Shown one piece after another: positions 16,961 to 26,322 of a stretch of DNA of 64,000 bases; the first letter of the stretch is position 1; each line of letters begins with the position of its first letter. The notes below the pieces were generated by a model. The model was not told the origin of the DNA. It ran no database searches and was given only the letters and a program-made list of their open reading frames with translations. This DNA is from a virus (Duplodnaviria; Caudoviricetes): positions 64,001 to 128,000 of the IMG/VR virus record IMGVR_UViG_3300003316_000301; one strand, given 5' to 3'. The position numbers and the translations under genes are program-made.

Positions 16961-17528
16961 CAGTTTCGATCTCCTTCGCCGCCCGCAGGTATGCCCCGGG
17001 GAGGTAGTCCGAGGGCACGGCCCTCGTCGCCTCCACCCGCTGGAGCACATGCGACGCCAGGTTGTATGTGTGCAGCCCCACCTTGTGCAGGGCCATGCCG
17101 AAGGTGAGGTTCTCGTCCTTCTCACGGACGGCCTCCTGGGCGAGGGCCTCGTAGCGCTCTGCGGCGTCCCAGGCCGCGTACCGGCCCATCGGGCTCATGA
17201 GCCGGAGCTTGGCCCCCACGCTGGTCTGTGCGAGGTCGTAGAAGGGGTCCAGGAAGCTCACGCTGGAGTCCCTCAGGGAGTCGCCGACGCGCATCACGTG
17301 CTCATGTGCCGGACGGCCTCCGTACGTGCCGACGTAGTAGATCAGCACCACGGCCTCGTCGGGCGTGAACTTCTCCACGGCGCCAAGAGAGTCCTCCAGC
17401 ATGGCGTACCAGCGCTCCACGTCCCTCTTGGCCGTGGCGCCGGGGTACCGGCTCTTCTGGGGGTCCCTGGCGCGGATCTTCTCCAGCAGGTCGGGCTGAG
17501 CCCGGAAGCTGATGTTCTGAGAGGGCAC
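16953..17528 (-). CDS. Putative DNA-binding protein (ribbon-helix-helix-like N-terminus)
   Basis: NISFRAQPDLLEKIRAR..TAKRDVERWYAML. Confidence 0.55.
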   Translation of the reverse strand: MPSQNISFRAQPDLLEKIRARDPQKSRYPGATAKRDVERWYAMLEDSLGAVEKFTPDEAVVLIYYVGTYGGRPAHEHVMRVGDSLRDSSVSFLDPFYDLAQTSVGAKLRLMSPMGRYAAWDAAERYEALAQEAVREKDENLTFGMALHKVGLHTYNLASHVLQRVEATRAVPSDYLPGAYLRAAKEIETDE

Positions 17529-17530
17529 GA

Positions 17531-17806
17531 TCAGTCCTCCACCTTCACGCAGAAGCCGTCCCAGACCAGGACGTCGCCGACCTGGGCGAGGAAGAGGGGC
17601 TCGTTCCGACGCCCGTAGAGCACTCCGGGCTTGCCGACGACCTTCGTGCCCCCGAAGAACTGACCGTTGGCGCCGCCCGGGATGCTCAGGGGCTCGTACG
17701 AGGGGGAGACGATGGCGGTTCTGTACCCCCGTCCCTCCAGCCAGGCGAGGGTCTCCTCCATCATCACGGCAGGGGCGATGACATGTCGGTTGTCGACGGT
17801 GCTCAC
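17531..17806 (-). CDS. Hypothetical protein
   Basis: GAAAGGA SD, GTG start. Confidence 0.65.
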   Translation of the reverse strand: MSTVDNRHVIAPAVMMEETLAWLEGRGYRTAIVSPSYEPLSIPGGANGQFFGGTKVVGKPGVLYGRRNEPLFLAQVGDVLVWDGFCVKVED

Positions 17807-17883
17807 GGGGGTCCTTTCTGTGGAACGCCTGAAGGCCCACCTCCACATCGAGCGGAAGTGGACCATCGGGCCGGGCGGGAATC

Positions 17884-18165
17884 TCACCTCAGGACGCATC
17901 CTCGGTGAGGGCTGACGTGAACCCAGATGTCCGGGTACTCGGCCGACCGCTGGCACTTCTCCGTGCGCTCGGCGAGGCCCTCGGTCTCCTCCTGCACCAT
18001 CTTGCGGTGCTGCTCGTCCACCCAGGGCTTGAGCTTCGCGATGAAGTCCCACTCGCCCTTGGTCTCGTCGATGACCGTGATCAGCTCCATCAGGTCCTCG
18101 TACGACCAGTCAGCCAGTTCCCGGGCGAGCGAATCGAGGTCGTACTCCAGCGTGATCTTCGGCAT
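17884..18165 (-). CDS. Hypothetical protein
   Basis: Start MPKITLEY, TGATG overlap. Confidence 0.7.
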   Translation of the reverse strand: MPKITLEYDLDSLARELADWSYEDLMELITVIDETKGEWDFIAKLKPWVDEQHRKMVQEETEGLAERTEKCQRSAEYPDIWVHVSPHRGCVLR

Positions 18166-18473
18166 CAGGACTCCTTGCACTTCGGGCACTCGGGATGGGG
18201 CTCCAGGCGCACCTTGCGGTTGCGCCGGACGAAGAGCACTCCGCCCCTCAGGCGGATGCCGATCGTGTCGTTGCAGTACTCGTCTCCGCCACCGAGCCAG
18301 AGAATCTTCCTCTGGTACTCCTCGGTGATGGTCTCGGTCGGCCACCAGAAGAACCGGCGCAGCAGGGGCGGGATGGCGCGCTCCGCCTCCTTGTGCGCGT
18401 CCTTGGCCCCCTCCAGGTACGCGTCCTGCCACGCCTCCGGCTGGGCCGACCACTGCTCCAGGGTCCTGATCAC
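18165..18473 (-). CDS. Hypothetical protein
   Basis: GTGA overlap. Confidence 0.7.
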   Translation of the reverse strand: MIRTLEQWSAQPEAWQDAYLEGAKDAHKEAERAIPPLLRRFFWWPTETITEEYQRKILWLGGGDEYCNDTIGIRLRGGVLFVRRNRKVRLEPHPECPKCKES

Positions 18474-19003
18474 GCGCCCTCCCACAGCTCCGTGAGCTTC
18501 ACGCGGTCGTTGCCGTAGCGCTCGTAGAGCATCCCCGCGACCTTGATCAGAGCCTCCTCGTACGTCGGGGCGCCCGTGTCCAGCTCGGTGTCGTGGAGGC
18601 GGATGTCGCCCTTCCCGCGCGTCAGGGAGGCCGGGAAGACCTCTACCCAGATCTCGACCTCGCGGTTCTTCCAGGGGCCCTCAGTCCGCCGGGTCTTCTT
18701 GTTGACCATGGCGGGCTGAAGCTCCAGCCCCTCGTGGACCCCACGCGTCTCCGCCAGGGTGGAGATGTGCCGCCGCTCCTCGTGGCCGTGGTACCAGAAA
18801 ACCGGGTGGTAGGCCAGCCACATCCAGGCCCGGTAGAGGTCCTGCGGGTTCTCCTCGTAGGCGACGACGGTCTCCGTCCAGCGCCTCCGGGTGGACGCCC
18901 AGGAGTCGACATAGAGCGTCGGCCAGGACTCGGCCATCATGCTGCGGGGCTTCCCCGAGGTGTCCATCTCGGGAAAGACGATCTGCTTCTTCGGCTCAGC
19001 CAT
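18470..19003 (-). CDS. Hypothetical protein
   Basis: Coupled ORF. Confidence 0.75.
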   Translation of the reverse strand: MAEPKKQIVFPEMDTSGKPRSMMAESWPTLYVDSWASTRRRWTETVVAYEENPQDLYRAWMWLAYHPVFWYHGHEERRHISTLAETRGVHEGLELQPAMVNKKTRRTEGPWKNREVEIWVEVFPASLTRGKGDIRLHDTELDTGAPTYEEALIKVAGMLYERYGNDRVKLTELWEGA

Positions 19004-19301
19004 AGGTGCGGCCCTCGTCCAGGTCCCGCTGGCGCACCCAGCCCTCGGGCATCTCGGCGAAGCTGTCCTCGATCCGCTCGGCCAGCGCCCGGATCTTGTC
19101 CGGGGTGCAGCCGGGGTCCGGGGCGCGGCGGTCCATGGCCCGCAGCCGACGGCCGGAGGCCGATCCGGTGGTCAGGGTGTCGACTGCCAGCTTGGCCAGG
19201 TCGATCAGGTCCTGCTGGTCGATGGGGGCGCCCTCGGCCCGGCGGTGGTTGATGAACCGGGAGTAGACCCGGCGCTCCAGGTCAGTCAGTGCTTCCGCCA
19301 T
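18996..19301 (-). CDS. Hypothetical protein
   Basis: GAGGAGG SD. Confidence 0.7.
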   Translation of the reverse strand: MAEALTDLERRVYSRFINHRRAEGAPIDQQDLIDLAKLAVDTLTTGSASGRRLRAMDRRAPDPGCTPDKIRALAERIEDSFAEMPEGWVRQRDLDEGRTYG

Positions 19302-19515
19302 GGGAAGCCTCCTCGATCTTGGATCTCTGGCGGGTGATGATCATGATGGTCGGACACGGGGCGGGACGGCCGCAGCCGAGGCAGTACCCCGTCTCCTGGA
19401 CCCCTCCCTCGTCGGCGTCGTACACACGTTCCGTGTGCTCACGCTCGATCAGGTCCAGGGTGTCCTGAAGCGCGTCCAACTGGTCGTCGGTGACCAGGGA
19501 CGCGGTGATTCTCAA
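19282..19515 (-). CDS. Hypothetical protein with CxxC motifs
   Basis: CLGCGRPAPCPT; start uncertain. Confidence 0.55.
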   Translation of the reverse strand: MRITASLVTDDQLDALQDTLDLIEREHTERVYDADEGGVQETGYCLGCGRPAPCPTIMIITRQRSKIEEASHGGSTD

Positions 19516-19877
19516 TCGGAGCCCTTCACGGCTTCGGCCTCCCTCTTGCGCTTCTCCTGGAGGGCGATCATCCGGGCCAGCCGCCGGTCCCACCGGCGCT
19601 TCAGACTCTGCGCCTGTCTCTCGGCAATCGGGAGTGCGACCTCCAGCGGCATGCGGGACGCGTTTTTAAATTTCGTCGTCCGGCTGCTGGGGCTGCGCTC
19701 GAACACCCACCGGCGCCCCTTGGGCTGGTAGCAGTAGGGACTGTCGACGATGGCCCAGATGTCTTCCCCGGCCCGCCCCCGGCGCTCCACGGTGATGTAC
19801 CGGTACTCGTACTCCGTGTGGATGTAGGGGAACTCGAACCGGCTGATATTCCCCTCGTACGCGTGCAGGTCGATCAT
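19512..19877 (-). CDS. Hypothetical protein
   Basis: GGAG SD; carries an in-frame TTT AAA motif. Confidence 0.75.
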   Translation of the reverse strand: MIDLHAYEGNISRFEFPYIHTEYEYRYITVERRGRAGEDIWAIVDSPYCYQPKGRRWVFERSPSSRTTKFKNASRMPLEVALPIAERQAQSLKRRWDRRLARMIALQEKRKREAEAVKGSD

Positions 19878-19935
19878 GGGAACTCCGGAGTGGGCGGGAT
19901 CTCGATGGACTGTATCAGCCTGTAGTACAGGGCGC

Positions 19936-20247
19936 CTAGCCCTCGTCCGGCTCGACGAAGAGCGGCACGGGCATCTGCTGCGTCCGCTCCCCCTCGGCCT
20001 CCTGGGGCACCACCGGCGTGACGGCCTGGATCGGCATGGCGGACACCGGCACGATGCGCCCCAGGAGGCCCTGTGCGGGCCTGTGAGCGTCCTGCACGTC
20101 CTCGGGGACCTCCTGGGTCAGGACGACCTCCGGAAGCTCCTCCTCGCCCTCAGGAGTGCCGGGGAAGCGTCCGTCCCGCTCGGCCAGCATGCGGGCGAAG
20201 ATCGGCGTTTCTCTTCGGTATGCCTCGGGGTCAACTCGTCTCGGCAT
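19936..20247 (-). CDS. Hypothetical protein
   Basis: GGAGGAG SD. Confidence 0.6.
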   Translation of the reverse strand: MPRRVDPEAYRRETPIFARMLAERDGRFPGTPEGEEELPEVVLTQEVPEDVQDAHRPAQGLLGRIVPVSAMPIQAVTPVVPQEAEGERTQQMPVPLFVEPDEG

Positions 20248-20740
20248 CGGTGGGCTCCTCCCACAGCTTGAATGTCGGCTCGGTCTCCTCTTCAGACCCC
20301 TCGTAGCCCACGAGGACCTTCAGAGGTCCGGTGATCTTCGTCCCGTCAGGGATGTCTTCAAGGAAGTACTCCGGCTCGAAGTCGGAATTCGGCACAGCCA
20401 CCGTGGCGAACCAGCACTCCTCGGTGCGGTGCCAGCGGTGGCCGCCGTGGACCTCGTTCTCCCAGTGGTCCCGGGCGGCCTCGAACTTCTCCCAGTCCTC
20501 GCGGGAAGCCGGGGCCGCCTCGTGGTAGTCGCTCGGCGCCATGGGAAACAGCTCGCAGCCCCACTTGGCCACGTCCTTCTCCGTGCCGTTGCACTCCTCC
20601 ACGAGGCCGCACTCCCGGGGGCCCTCGTAGGGGCACTGCATCGTCCACTTGATCCCGGCATACCAGTGCGTGTCGATGACGGGGATCAGGAGGTGCGGAA
20701 GCCGGTTGGACCCCGTTCCCTGCTCGTCGTAGTGCTTCAC
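20231..20740 (-). CDS. Hypothetical protein, Cys-containing
   Basis: GTGA overlap; KHYDEQG start. Confidence 0.65.
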   Translation of the reverse strand: MKHYDEQGTGSNRLPHLLIPVIDTHWYAGIKWTMQCPYEGPRECGLVEECNGTEKDVAKWGCELFPMAPSDYHEAAPASREDWEKFEAARDHWENEVHGGHRWHRTEECWFATVAVPNSDFEPEYFLEDIPDGTKITGPLKVLVGYEGSEEETEPTFKLWEEPTDAETS

Positions 20741-21465
20741 TGGCCGATCTCCGGGGGCTTGAGGACCTCGTAGGTCCGGCGGTTCAGTTCGTAGCGGATC
20801 ATCTGCGTCGACAGCTCCGCGCCCCGGGAGTTGCTCACCCAGCGGTTCGGGCTGGCGTGCAGGTAGACCCAGGGCTCCCGCTCCTTGCGGTTGCGGGTGA
20901 CCACCACGGTGCCCAGCCCGAGGCGCTCCGGGACACGGGGCTCGGCCAGGTGCCAGGAGTTGCGCAGGATCCGTGCCCGGCCCTGCTTCAGCTCGACCAG
21001 GACCTCCGCGTCTCCCATGGGGAGCCAGGGAGCCGCCGTGGGCATCCAGGCCCGGGTGTGCCGGACCAGGACCGTGGAGTGCTGAGGCAGGTCGGCCATC
21101 AGCATGACGACATCCCCCACGGCGAGCGTCCAGTTGCGGCCCTGGTCCTTCTGGACGGGCTCCACCCGCACCCGCGTGGACCACGCCAGGGGGTCGAAGC
21201 GCATGCGGCGGACCTCACGGCTCACGACGTTCCGGACGGACATCAGGGAGCCACGGCAGGAGGACGCCTTGCGCACGATGCAGAAGGTGCCCTCGGGCGT
21301 GGAGATGACGTCTCCCTCCTGGAGGGACTCCATCCGCACCTTGATGTAGGAGCCGACCTGCCGGAAGGCGTTGATGGACTTCATGCGGGCCTGCTCAACG
21401 CGGTTGAGGCCCTTCACGGGGCGAGCCCCGGTGGTTACCGGGGCTCGATGTGCTGCTGTGCTCAC
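20737..21465 (-). CDS. Hypothetical protein
   Basis: GTGA overlap; STAAHRAP start. Confidence 0.65.
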   Translation of the reverse strand: MSTAAHRAPVTTGARPVKGLNRVEQARMKSINAFRQVGSYIKVRMESLQEGDVISTPEGTFCIVRKASSCRGSLMSVRNVVSREVRRMRFDPLAWSTRVRVEPVQKDQGRNWTLAVGDVVMLMADLPQHSTVLVRHTRAWMPTAAPWLPMGDAEVLVELKQGRARILRNSWHLAEPRVPERLGLGTVVVTRNRKEREPWVYLHASPNRWVSNSRGAELSTQMIRYELNRRTYEVLKPPEIGQ

Positions 21466-22229
21466 TGACCACTTCCCTTCTCGGCCAGCGCGAGGAGCTT
21501 CAGGAGCGTCTCCTCGCTGACCTCGTATGTGGTGCTGATGCCACTGGAGGTGTCCTTGCGGTGCAGGTCGTACCGCTCGCCCCGGCTGCTGAGACGCTCC
21601 TCGCCGAGGAGGTTCTGCACCCGGTTGCGGATCTCGGAGGCGACGAGGTTGTTCTGCGCCCGGCGCCTGCTCTCGGCCTCGTTGTGCAGGATCTCCTGCT
21701 CGGCCTGCTCCTTCTTGCGGGCGGCGTGGGAGTTCCAGCCGTCGATCAGGGCCTGCGGCCGGACGAACTCCAGCGTGACCTTGACGCTCCGGGTGGACCC
21801 GTCGCTCATGGGGACCTCCACCGTGGTGCGGGCGGAGATGTCGCCGGTGAAGCGGCCGTCGTGGCCCTCCTCCACGAGCTTGTGCGGGTTCATCTGGGCC
21901 CAGGCCTTGGCGAAGATCACAAAGGGCAGCTCCATGATCCGCGTCTTGGCCGAGACCCACATGTAGTCCATCTCGTCGATGATGAGGACCGGAACCCCGA
22001 CGGCCCAGCTCCTGGCGCTCCAGGAGTCGGACCGGCCCGCACGGTCGCCCTTCTGGGCCCGGGTGACGACGGTCTGCTTGGTGCGCTTCTCGGCTCCGTC
22101 CCAGTAGCCCCAGACCTCGTCTCGGCGCCACAGCTTCGGCTCGACGACCTTCGCGGGCCGTGCGACGTCCTCCGAGGTGCGGGGGCGGTACGCGTAGATG
22201 AGCTTGTCTTCGAGTTCGGCGAGCTTCAT
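21462..22229 (-). CDS. Hypothetical protein (255 aa)
   Basis: Start MKLAELED after leader 22234-22247. Confidence 0.8.
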   Translation of the reverse strand: MKLAELEDKLIYAYRPRTSEDVARPAKVVEPKLWRRDEVWGYWDGAEKRTKQTVVTRAQKGDRAGRSDSWSARSWAVGVPVLIIDEMDYMWVSAKTRIMELPFVIFAKAWAQMNPHKLVEEGHDGRFTGDISARTTVEVPMSDGSTRSVKVTLEFVRPQALIDGWNSHAARKKEQAEQEILHNEAESRRRAQNNLVASEIRNRVQNLLGEERLSSRGERYDLHRKDTSSGISTTYEVSEETLLKLLALAEKGSGQ

Positions 22230-22256
22230 GAGGCCTCCTGGGGAGTCGATTGGCCT

Positions 22257-22297
22257 TGACGTCGTCAAGGTTACTACAAGGATTCTTGGAGGGTCAA
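22257..22297 (-). promoter_or_regulatory. Repeated promoter TTGACC-N18-TAACCT
   Basis: CCTTGACGTCGTCAAGG dyad plus spacer CTACAAGGATTCTTGGAG. Confidence 0.85.
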
Positions 22298-22301
22298 CCC
22301 C

Positions 22302-22511
22302 TCATTCGAGGATCTTCGAGATGAACCACATAAACCCCCGGGGGATCGCCAGGGCGATGTCCACGATCAGCTCACCGAGGTCCTCGCCCCAGTCGCTGTC
22401 CCGGCGCCTGCGCGGGGCCCTGGAGACCGCTCCACGGCCGTGCAGGCGGTCGTAGGCCCTGCGGGCCTTGGCGGCCTTCTTCGCCTCTCTGCGGCGCTTC
22501 CAGGCGCTCAT
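22302..22511 (-). CDS. Small basic protein
   Basis: MSAWKRRREAKK; ATGA overlap. Confidence 0.65.
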   Translation of the reverse strand: MSAWKRRREAKKAAKARRAYDRLHGRGAVSRAPRRRRDSDWGEDLGELIVDIALAIPRGFMWFISKILE

Positions 22512-22876
22512 GCGGCGACCGGCACACTGGCTCGCTGGGACAGGTCGAGCAGCGTGGCCACCAGCTCCTCGGCCGACAGGGTGAACTCGAAGTCCTCGGG
22601 GAAGTCCTCGGCGTCCGTCTCGGCGTCGTAGTTGTTGTCCTCGGCGTACTCGGCCGCCAGCATGATGACCGCGTGCAGCTCGGCGCACTCGGCCGGGCTC
22701 AGCAGGTCGTAGTGGTGGTGGTGGACGCGGACCAGCTCCTCCCAGCGGGAGGCCAGGTCGCTGATCAGTACCCCGTTCAGGTCCCCGTCCTCGGGCTCCG
22801 CGATGTTCGCGGCGATCTGGACGCCGGTCTTGACGTGCTCGATCAGGTGGTCGGGAAGGCCGTACACAGCGCTCAT
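22508..22876 (-). CDS. Acidic hypothetical protein
   Basis: GGAGG SD, MSAVYGL. Confidence 0.75.
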   Translation of the reverse strand: MSAVYGLPDHLIEHVKTGVQIAANIAEPEDGDLNGVLISDLASRWEELVRVHHHHYDLLSPAECAELHAVIMLAAEYAEDNNYDAETDAEDFPEDFEFTLSAEELVATLLDLSQRASVPVAA

Positions 22877-22914
22877 GGCTACCTCCAGTGACTGTCTCTG
22901 GCGGGACGTCACTG

Positions 22915-22944
22915 AAACTACTCCAACGATTGTTGGGGCGTCAA
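22915..22944 (-). promoter_or_regulatory. Repeated promoter TTGACG-N18-TAGTTT
   Basis: Spacer CTCCAACGATTGTTGGGG. Confidence 0.8.
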
Positions 22945-23297
22945 GCCCCCGGTGCCCAACGGGCCTTGGCCTCGTCCTCCGTGATCGCCAGTCCCTCCTG
23001 GAGCACGCTGTAGCTGGCCATGCCGTCCAGCAGGTCCACGAGCTTGATCGAGAGGTTCGCGGCCTCCTGGTCGTCGACCAGCTTCTGGGCCGCCAGGGCA
23101 ATCCGGCGCAGGACCTCCGTCTCCGAGGCGTCGAAGACCAGGGCCGTCCAGACCTCCGGCTCGCCCTGCTCGGTCACGTAGTCGAGTTCGCCCTCCCCCG
23201 GCATCAGGGCGAACATGGCCGCCGTCTTGTTGGTCTTCACCTGCATGCCGAAGAGGTCGGCCACCAGGATGCCCTCTTCGTTCGTCCGTACCGTCAT
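22941..23297 (-). CDS. Hypothetical protein
   Basis: Start MTVRTNE. Confidence 0.7.
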   Translation of the reverse strand: MTVRTNEEGILVADLFGMQVKTNKTAAMFALMPGEGELDYVTEQGEPEVWTALVFDASETEVLRRIALAAQKLVDDQEAANLSIKLVDLLDGMASYSVLQEGLAITEDEAKARWAPGA

Positions 23298-23355
23298 GGC
23301 TTCTCCCACGCAAAAGCCCCGGCGGGATGCCGGGGCTTCGCACTGTAGTACCGAC

Positions 23356-23715
23356 CTACCGGGGCGTGTAGGAGATGAAGCCGTGATCCCCGTCGTGGTT
23401 CGCGGGGAGATTGCAGTACTCGGCCGGGCACCGGTTCGTCCCGGTGACCACACCGAGCCCCTGGAGAAGCCGGATCGCCACGTCGACCGGCGACTCCGGC
23501 CTCACGATGTTCGAGCGCGTCATCTCCTGCGGGAAGGACGTCATCAGGAACGTCTGGAGCCGGTTCAGCTCGGCCGCGTAGGGGTTGCGCAGGGCCTCCC
23601 CAGGATCGGAGATGGGCGCCCCGTGGATCTGGGAGGGCGTCTCGTCCGAGGTGTCCTGGACGAAGCCGCTGGTGACCTGTGAGGGCACCTGGGAGCCGTC
23701 GGCAGCACTGGTCAT
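23356..23715 (-). CDS. Hypothetical protein, C-terminal C-x3-C-x5-H-x3-H
   Basis: CPAEYCNLPANHDGDH. Confidence 0.7.
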   Translation of the reverse strand: MTSAADGSQVPSQVTSGFVQDTSDETPSQIHGAPISDPGEALRNPYAAELNRLQTFLMTSFPQEMTRSNIVRPESPVDVAIRLLQGLGVVTGTNRCPAEYCNLPANHDGDHGFISYTPR

Positions 23716-23924
23716 GGGGTCTGGGCCTCCTGGGCGCTCTGTGCCCCCTCAGGGGCCTTCTGCTGGTCCTCCCAGATCTCCCGGCGCTGTACCGAGTCCT
23801 GGACCGAGAGGGACACGCACGGGCCCTTGTGGAGATCGGGGAGTTCACAGGCGTAGGACTGGTACCGCCCCCACACCGGCTCGCGGCATGAGCGCTCCGG
23901 CCACTGCGCCTTCCGAATCTCCAT
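23712..23924 (-). CDS. Small Cys/His protein
   Basis: GAGGAGG SD; C..CELPDLHKGPC. Confidence 0.65.
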   Translation of the reverse strand: MEIRKAQWPERSCREPVWGRYQSYACELPDLHKGPCVSLSVQDSVQRREIWEDQQKAPEGAQSAQEAQTP

Positions 23925-23990
23925 GGTCCTCCTCAAACGACTACAGGCCCGTACCGCGAGGGTACGGGCCCTGATGCCGTCAGGGGAAGC

Positions 23991-24356
23991 TCAGTCGGCC
24001 TGGATATCGATCTTCAGACAGGTGGCCGGGTCCTCGGGGTCCCGGGACCACTCCCCCTCGGGGTTGGCCGCCTGATACGACCACTTGCCGTTCGGGTCGT
24101 CCGAGGTGGCATGGTGCAGGAAGCGGGGGACGTCGAAGTCAGGCTGTCCCGTCAGGACGAGCGCCAGGTCCTGAGCGAGCTGCTGTCGCCCGTGGACCAT
24201 CCCGCCGGTGAGAGAGTGGATCACGATCGTCTCCAGCCCCGGAGTGACCGGCAGGATCAGCACCGTGCGGAGCAGGGCCTTGAAGTCCTCCTCGGGGGAG
24301 TCGAACTTCCGGACATGCTCCGCCAGGTCGATCCAGGCGCGGCGGTAATCGGTCAT
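23991..24356 (-). CDS. Hypothetical protein
   Basis: GGAGG SD, MTDYRRAW. Confidence 0.7.
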   Translation of the reverse strand: MTDYRRAWIDLAEHVRKFDSPEEDFKALLRTVLILPVTPGLETIVIHSLTGGMVHGRQQLAQDLALVLTGQPDFDVPRFLHHATSDDPNGKWSYQAANPEGEWSRDPEDPATCLKIDIQAD

Positions 24357-24384
24357 AGGGCCTCCAGGGCACTCGTTTTTAAAA

Positions 24385-24606
24385 TCAGTCAGCGGTAGCG
24401 ATCTCCACGTGGTCGCCGCACTCGGGGCACTCCGCCTCAGCGGTCTCGAAGCCGTTCGCGGTGAACTCCATCTCACCCTCGAAGCCGCACTCGTCGTTGC
24501 CGCACTCGGCCTCGCGGGTGAAGTCGGCGGAGACGCCGAACTTGCGGGCGCTCAGCTCAGCGGCGACGGAGACGGTGATCGGGTCGGCGGAGAGGAAGTT
24601 CGACAT
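24385..24606 (-). CDS. Small acidic Zn-ribbon protein
   Basis: CGNDECG..CPECG; leader and promoter. Confidence 0.75.
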   Translation of the reverse strand: MSNFLSADPITVSVAAELSARKFGVSADFTREAECGNDECGFEGEMEFTANGFETAEAECPECGDHVEIATAD

Positions 24607-24632
24607 GAGGGCCTCCTGAGGAGTCGTGGTCC

Positions 24633-24673
24633 TGACTCCGTCAAGGTTACTACAAGGATCCTTGGAGAGTCAA
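24633..24673 (-). promoter_or_regulatory. Repeated promoter TTGACT-N18-TAACCT
   Basis: Spacer CTACAAGGATCCTTGGAG; TGACTCCGTCA. Confidence 0.85.
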
Positions 24674-24681
24674 GCTCAATC

Positions 24682-24810
24682 TCAGTGCGGTCCGACAACG
24701 GGCTCCCAGCCCCAGGAGCCCAGCAGCAGCCACCCCAGACGCGGGTGACGGACGAACAGACGACCCCCGAACACGACCTTCGAGGGTCCCTTCTCCAGCG
24801 AAACGGCCAT
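24682..24810 (-). CDS. Small protein (42 aa)
   Basis: Not in ORF track; GGAGGT SD; MAVSLEKGPSKVVFGGRLFVRHPRLGWLLLGSWGWEPVVGPH. Confidence 0.55.
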   Translation of the reverse strand: MAVSLEKGPSKVVFGGRLFVRHPRLGWLLLGSWGWEPVVGPH

Positions 24811-24861
24811 GGGCCACCTCCGGTGAATCGGGCCGGGGGCCGAAGCCCCCGGCGGATCGGA

Positions 24862-25803
24862 CTACTTGTTCCACTCGCGCTGGAGCTTGCGGAACTTCGC
24901 CTGAGCCTTCTTCTCGTGGGTCTCGAAGACCTCCTGGATGCTCAGGCCCTTCTTCGCCGCAATCGATCGGATCAGGAGACCGGCGTGGCGCAGGTTCTCG
25001 ATCTGGCGCTGCTCGCGGGGCATCCGGGCGTTGTAGTGCGCCCAGTCCTCCTGGCCCACGCGCCACTCGTCCAGCAGGTAGTCCAGCAGGGCGTCCGTAG
25101 CCGCGATCTCGGCGGTACGGAGGGTCTTGCAGACGGTCCAGGAGTCGTTGCTCTTGCCCTCGTAGAGCTTGTCGCCCTCCGGGGTGGTGATGCTCTTGTC
25201 GGCCGCCGCCTTGGCCTTGCGGGCCCGCTCGGCTTCGCGCTCGGCGCGGGCCTTGGCGGCCTCCTCCTCGTCCGGCGTGAACATCTTGGTGCCCTTGGCG
25301 TTGACCGGGGCGGAGGGGTAGCAGGTGGTGCAGGCGCGCTCACCGGCGTCGGCGACGATCTCCGCCTCCGACTTGCCGGAGTACTGGATCAGCCAGGCGA
25401 AGCCCGTGCGGTACTCGCCGTGGTGGCAGGTGGAGCACTCGGTGCCCTTGTGGGCGTGGCCGTTGCTGCTGGTGGCCAGGAAAACGCGGTTCCAGCCTCC
25501 CCGGCGGGTGTACTCGGCCTCGTAAGGGAGCGCCTCGGCCTCCAGGGCCATCAGCTTGTTGCCCTCGGCGACGATGAAGCGACCGAGCCGGGCCAGGTCC
25601 TCCATCAGCTCGATACCGTCCAGCACGGTGGCGAGCCCGGGGACTCGCAGGCCCTTCTTGATCTTCTCGATCTTCGCGTAGGTCTCGGACTCGACCTTCT
25701 TGTACCGCAGGATCTGGGCCTGGACGACCGCCTGGCGCTCCCAGATCGGAGCGAGGAGGGTGTCGATCTCGACGGGGGTGAGGTTCGCGAGGTTCTGGGT
25801 CAT
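24862..25803 (-). CDS. Hypothetical Zn-binding protein (313 aa)
   Basis: GGWNRVFL..GHAH..CSTCH..ACTTCYPSAPV. Confidence 0.8.
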   Translation of the reverse strand: MTQNLANLTPVEIDTLLAPIWERQAVVQAQILRYKKVESETYAKIEKIKKGLRVPGLATVLDGIELMEDLARLGRFIVAEGNKLMALEAEALPYEAEYTRRGGWNRVFLATSSNGHAHKGTECSTCHHGEYRTGFAWLIQYSGKSEAEIVADAGERACTTCYPSAPVNAKGTKMFTPDEEEAAKARAEREAERARKAKAAADKSITTPEGDKLYEGKSNDSWTVCKTLRTAEIAATDALLDYLLDEWRVGQEDWAHYNARMPREQRQIENLRHAGLLIRSIAAKKGLSIQEVFETHEKKAQAKFRKLQREWNK

Positions 25804-25830
25804 GTGCGCCTCCTGAGGAGTCCTTGTCCT

Positions 25831-25873
25831 GCTGACAAGAAGAACTCTACCCCCAGGAATTGTTGGAGCGCAA
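25831..25873 (-). promoter_or_regulatory. Repeated promoter TTGCGC-N18-TAGAGT
   Basis: Identical to 7195-7237. Confidence 0.85.
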
Positions 25874-25879
25874 GTACCT

Positions 25880-25966
25880 CTACAAGAAAAGTACGAGAGC
25901 TACGATGATCGGGGTCCAGAAGACCGCAAGGAGGATCAGTGCTGATCCCCATGCACGAGGGCTCAT
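25880..25966 (-). CDS. Small membrane peptide (28 aa)
   Basis: MSPRAWGSALILLAVFWTPIIVALVLFL; ATGA overlap. Confidence 0.5.
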   Translation of the reverse strand: MSPRAWGSALILLAVFWTPIIVALVLFL

Positions 25967-26322
25967 AGGTGCTCCTCCAGTTCCAGGATCCGCAGCACCT
26001 TGGCCGGGTCCAGCGTCCATGACGTGGGCGTAGGAGGCGAGCACTTCCCACTGCATTCGTCCGGGCAGTAGCACCAGTCGATGTACACGCCCACGCGGGC
26101 CGACTCGGCCAGAGCCTTGACGCTCAGCAGAGTCTGGCAGTCCTGGCACTCGACCTGGCGCCCCTCCCCCTCGGAGTCGTACCCGATGGACTCCAGCGGG
26201 TGCCCGCACGGCGGAACGTACTTCTCGCAGCCCTCCTTCTCCGTGTGGCCCCCGGCGTCCCAGCACGTCCGGCGGCAGCCCCAGTACTCCTCCGGGATCG
26301 GCCCGGGTCTACGTGCGGTCAC
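25963..26322 (-). CDS. Cys-rich hypothetical protein
   Basis: GAGGAG SD; multiple CxxC. Confidence 0.65.
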   Translation of the reverse strand: MTARRPGPIPEEYWGCRRTCWDAGGHTEKEGCEKYVPPCGHPLESIGYDSEGEGRQVECQDCQTLLSVKALAESARVGVYIDWCYCPDECSGKCSPPTPTSWTLDPAKVLRILELEEHL

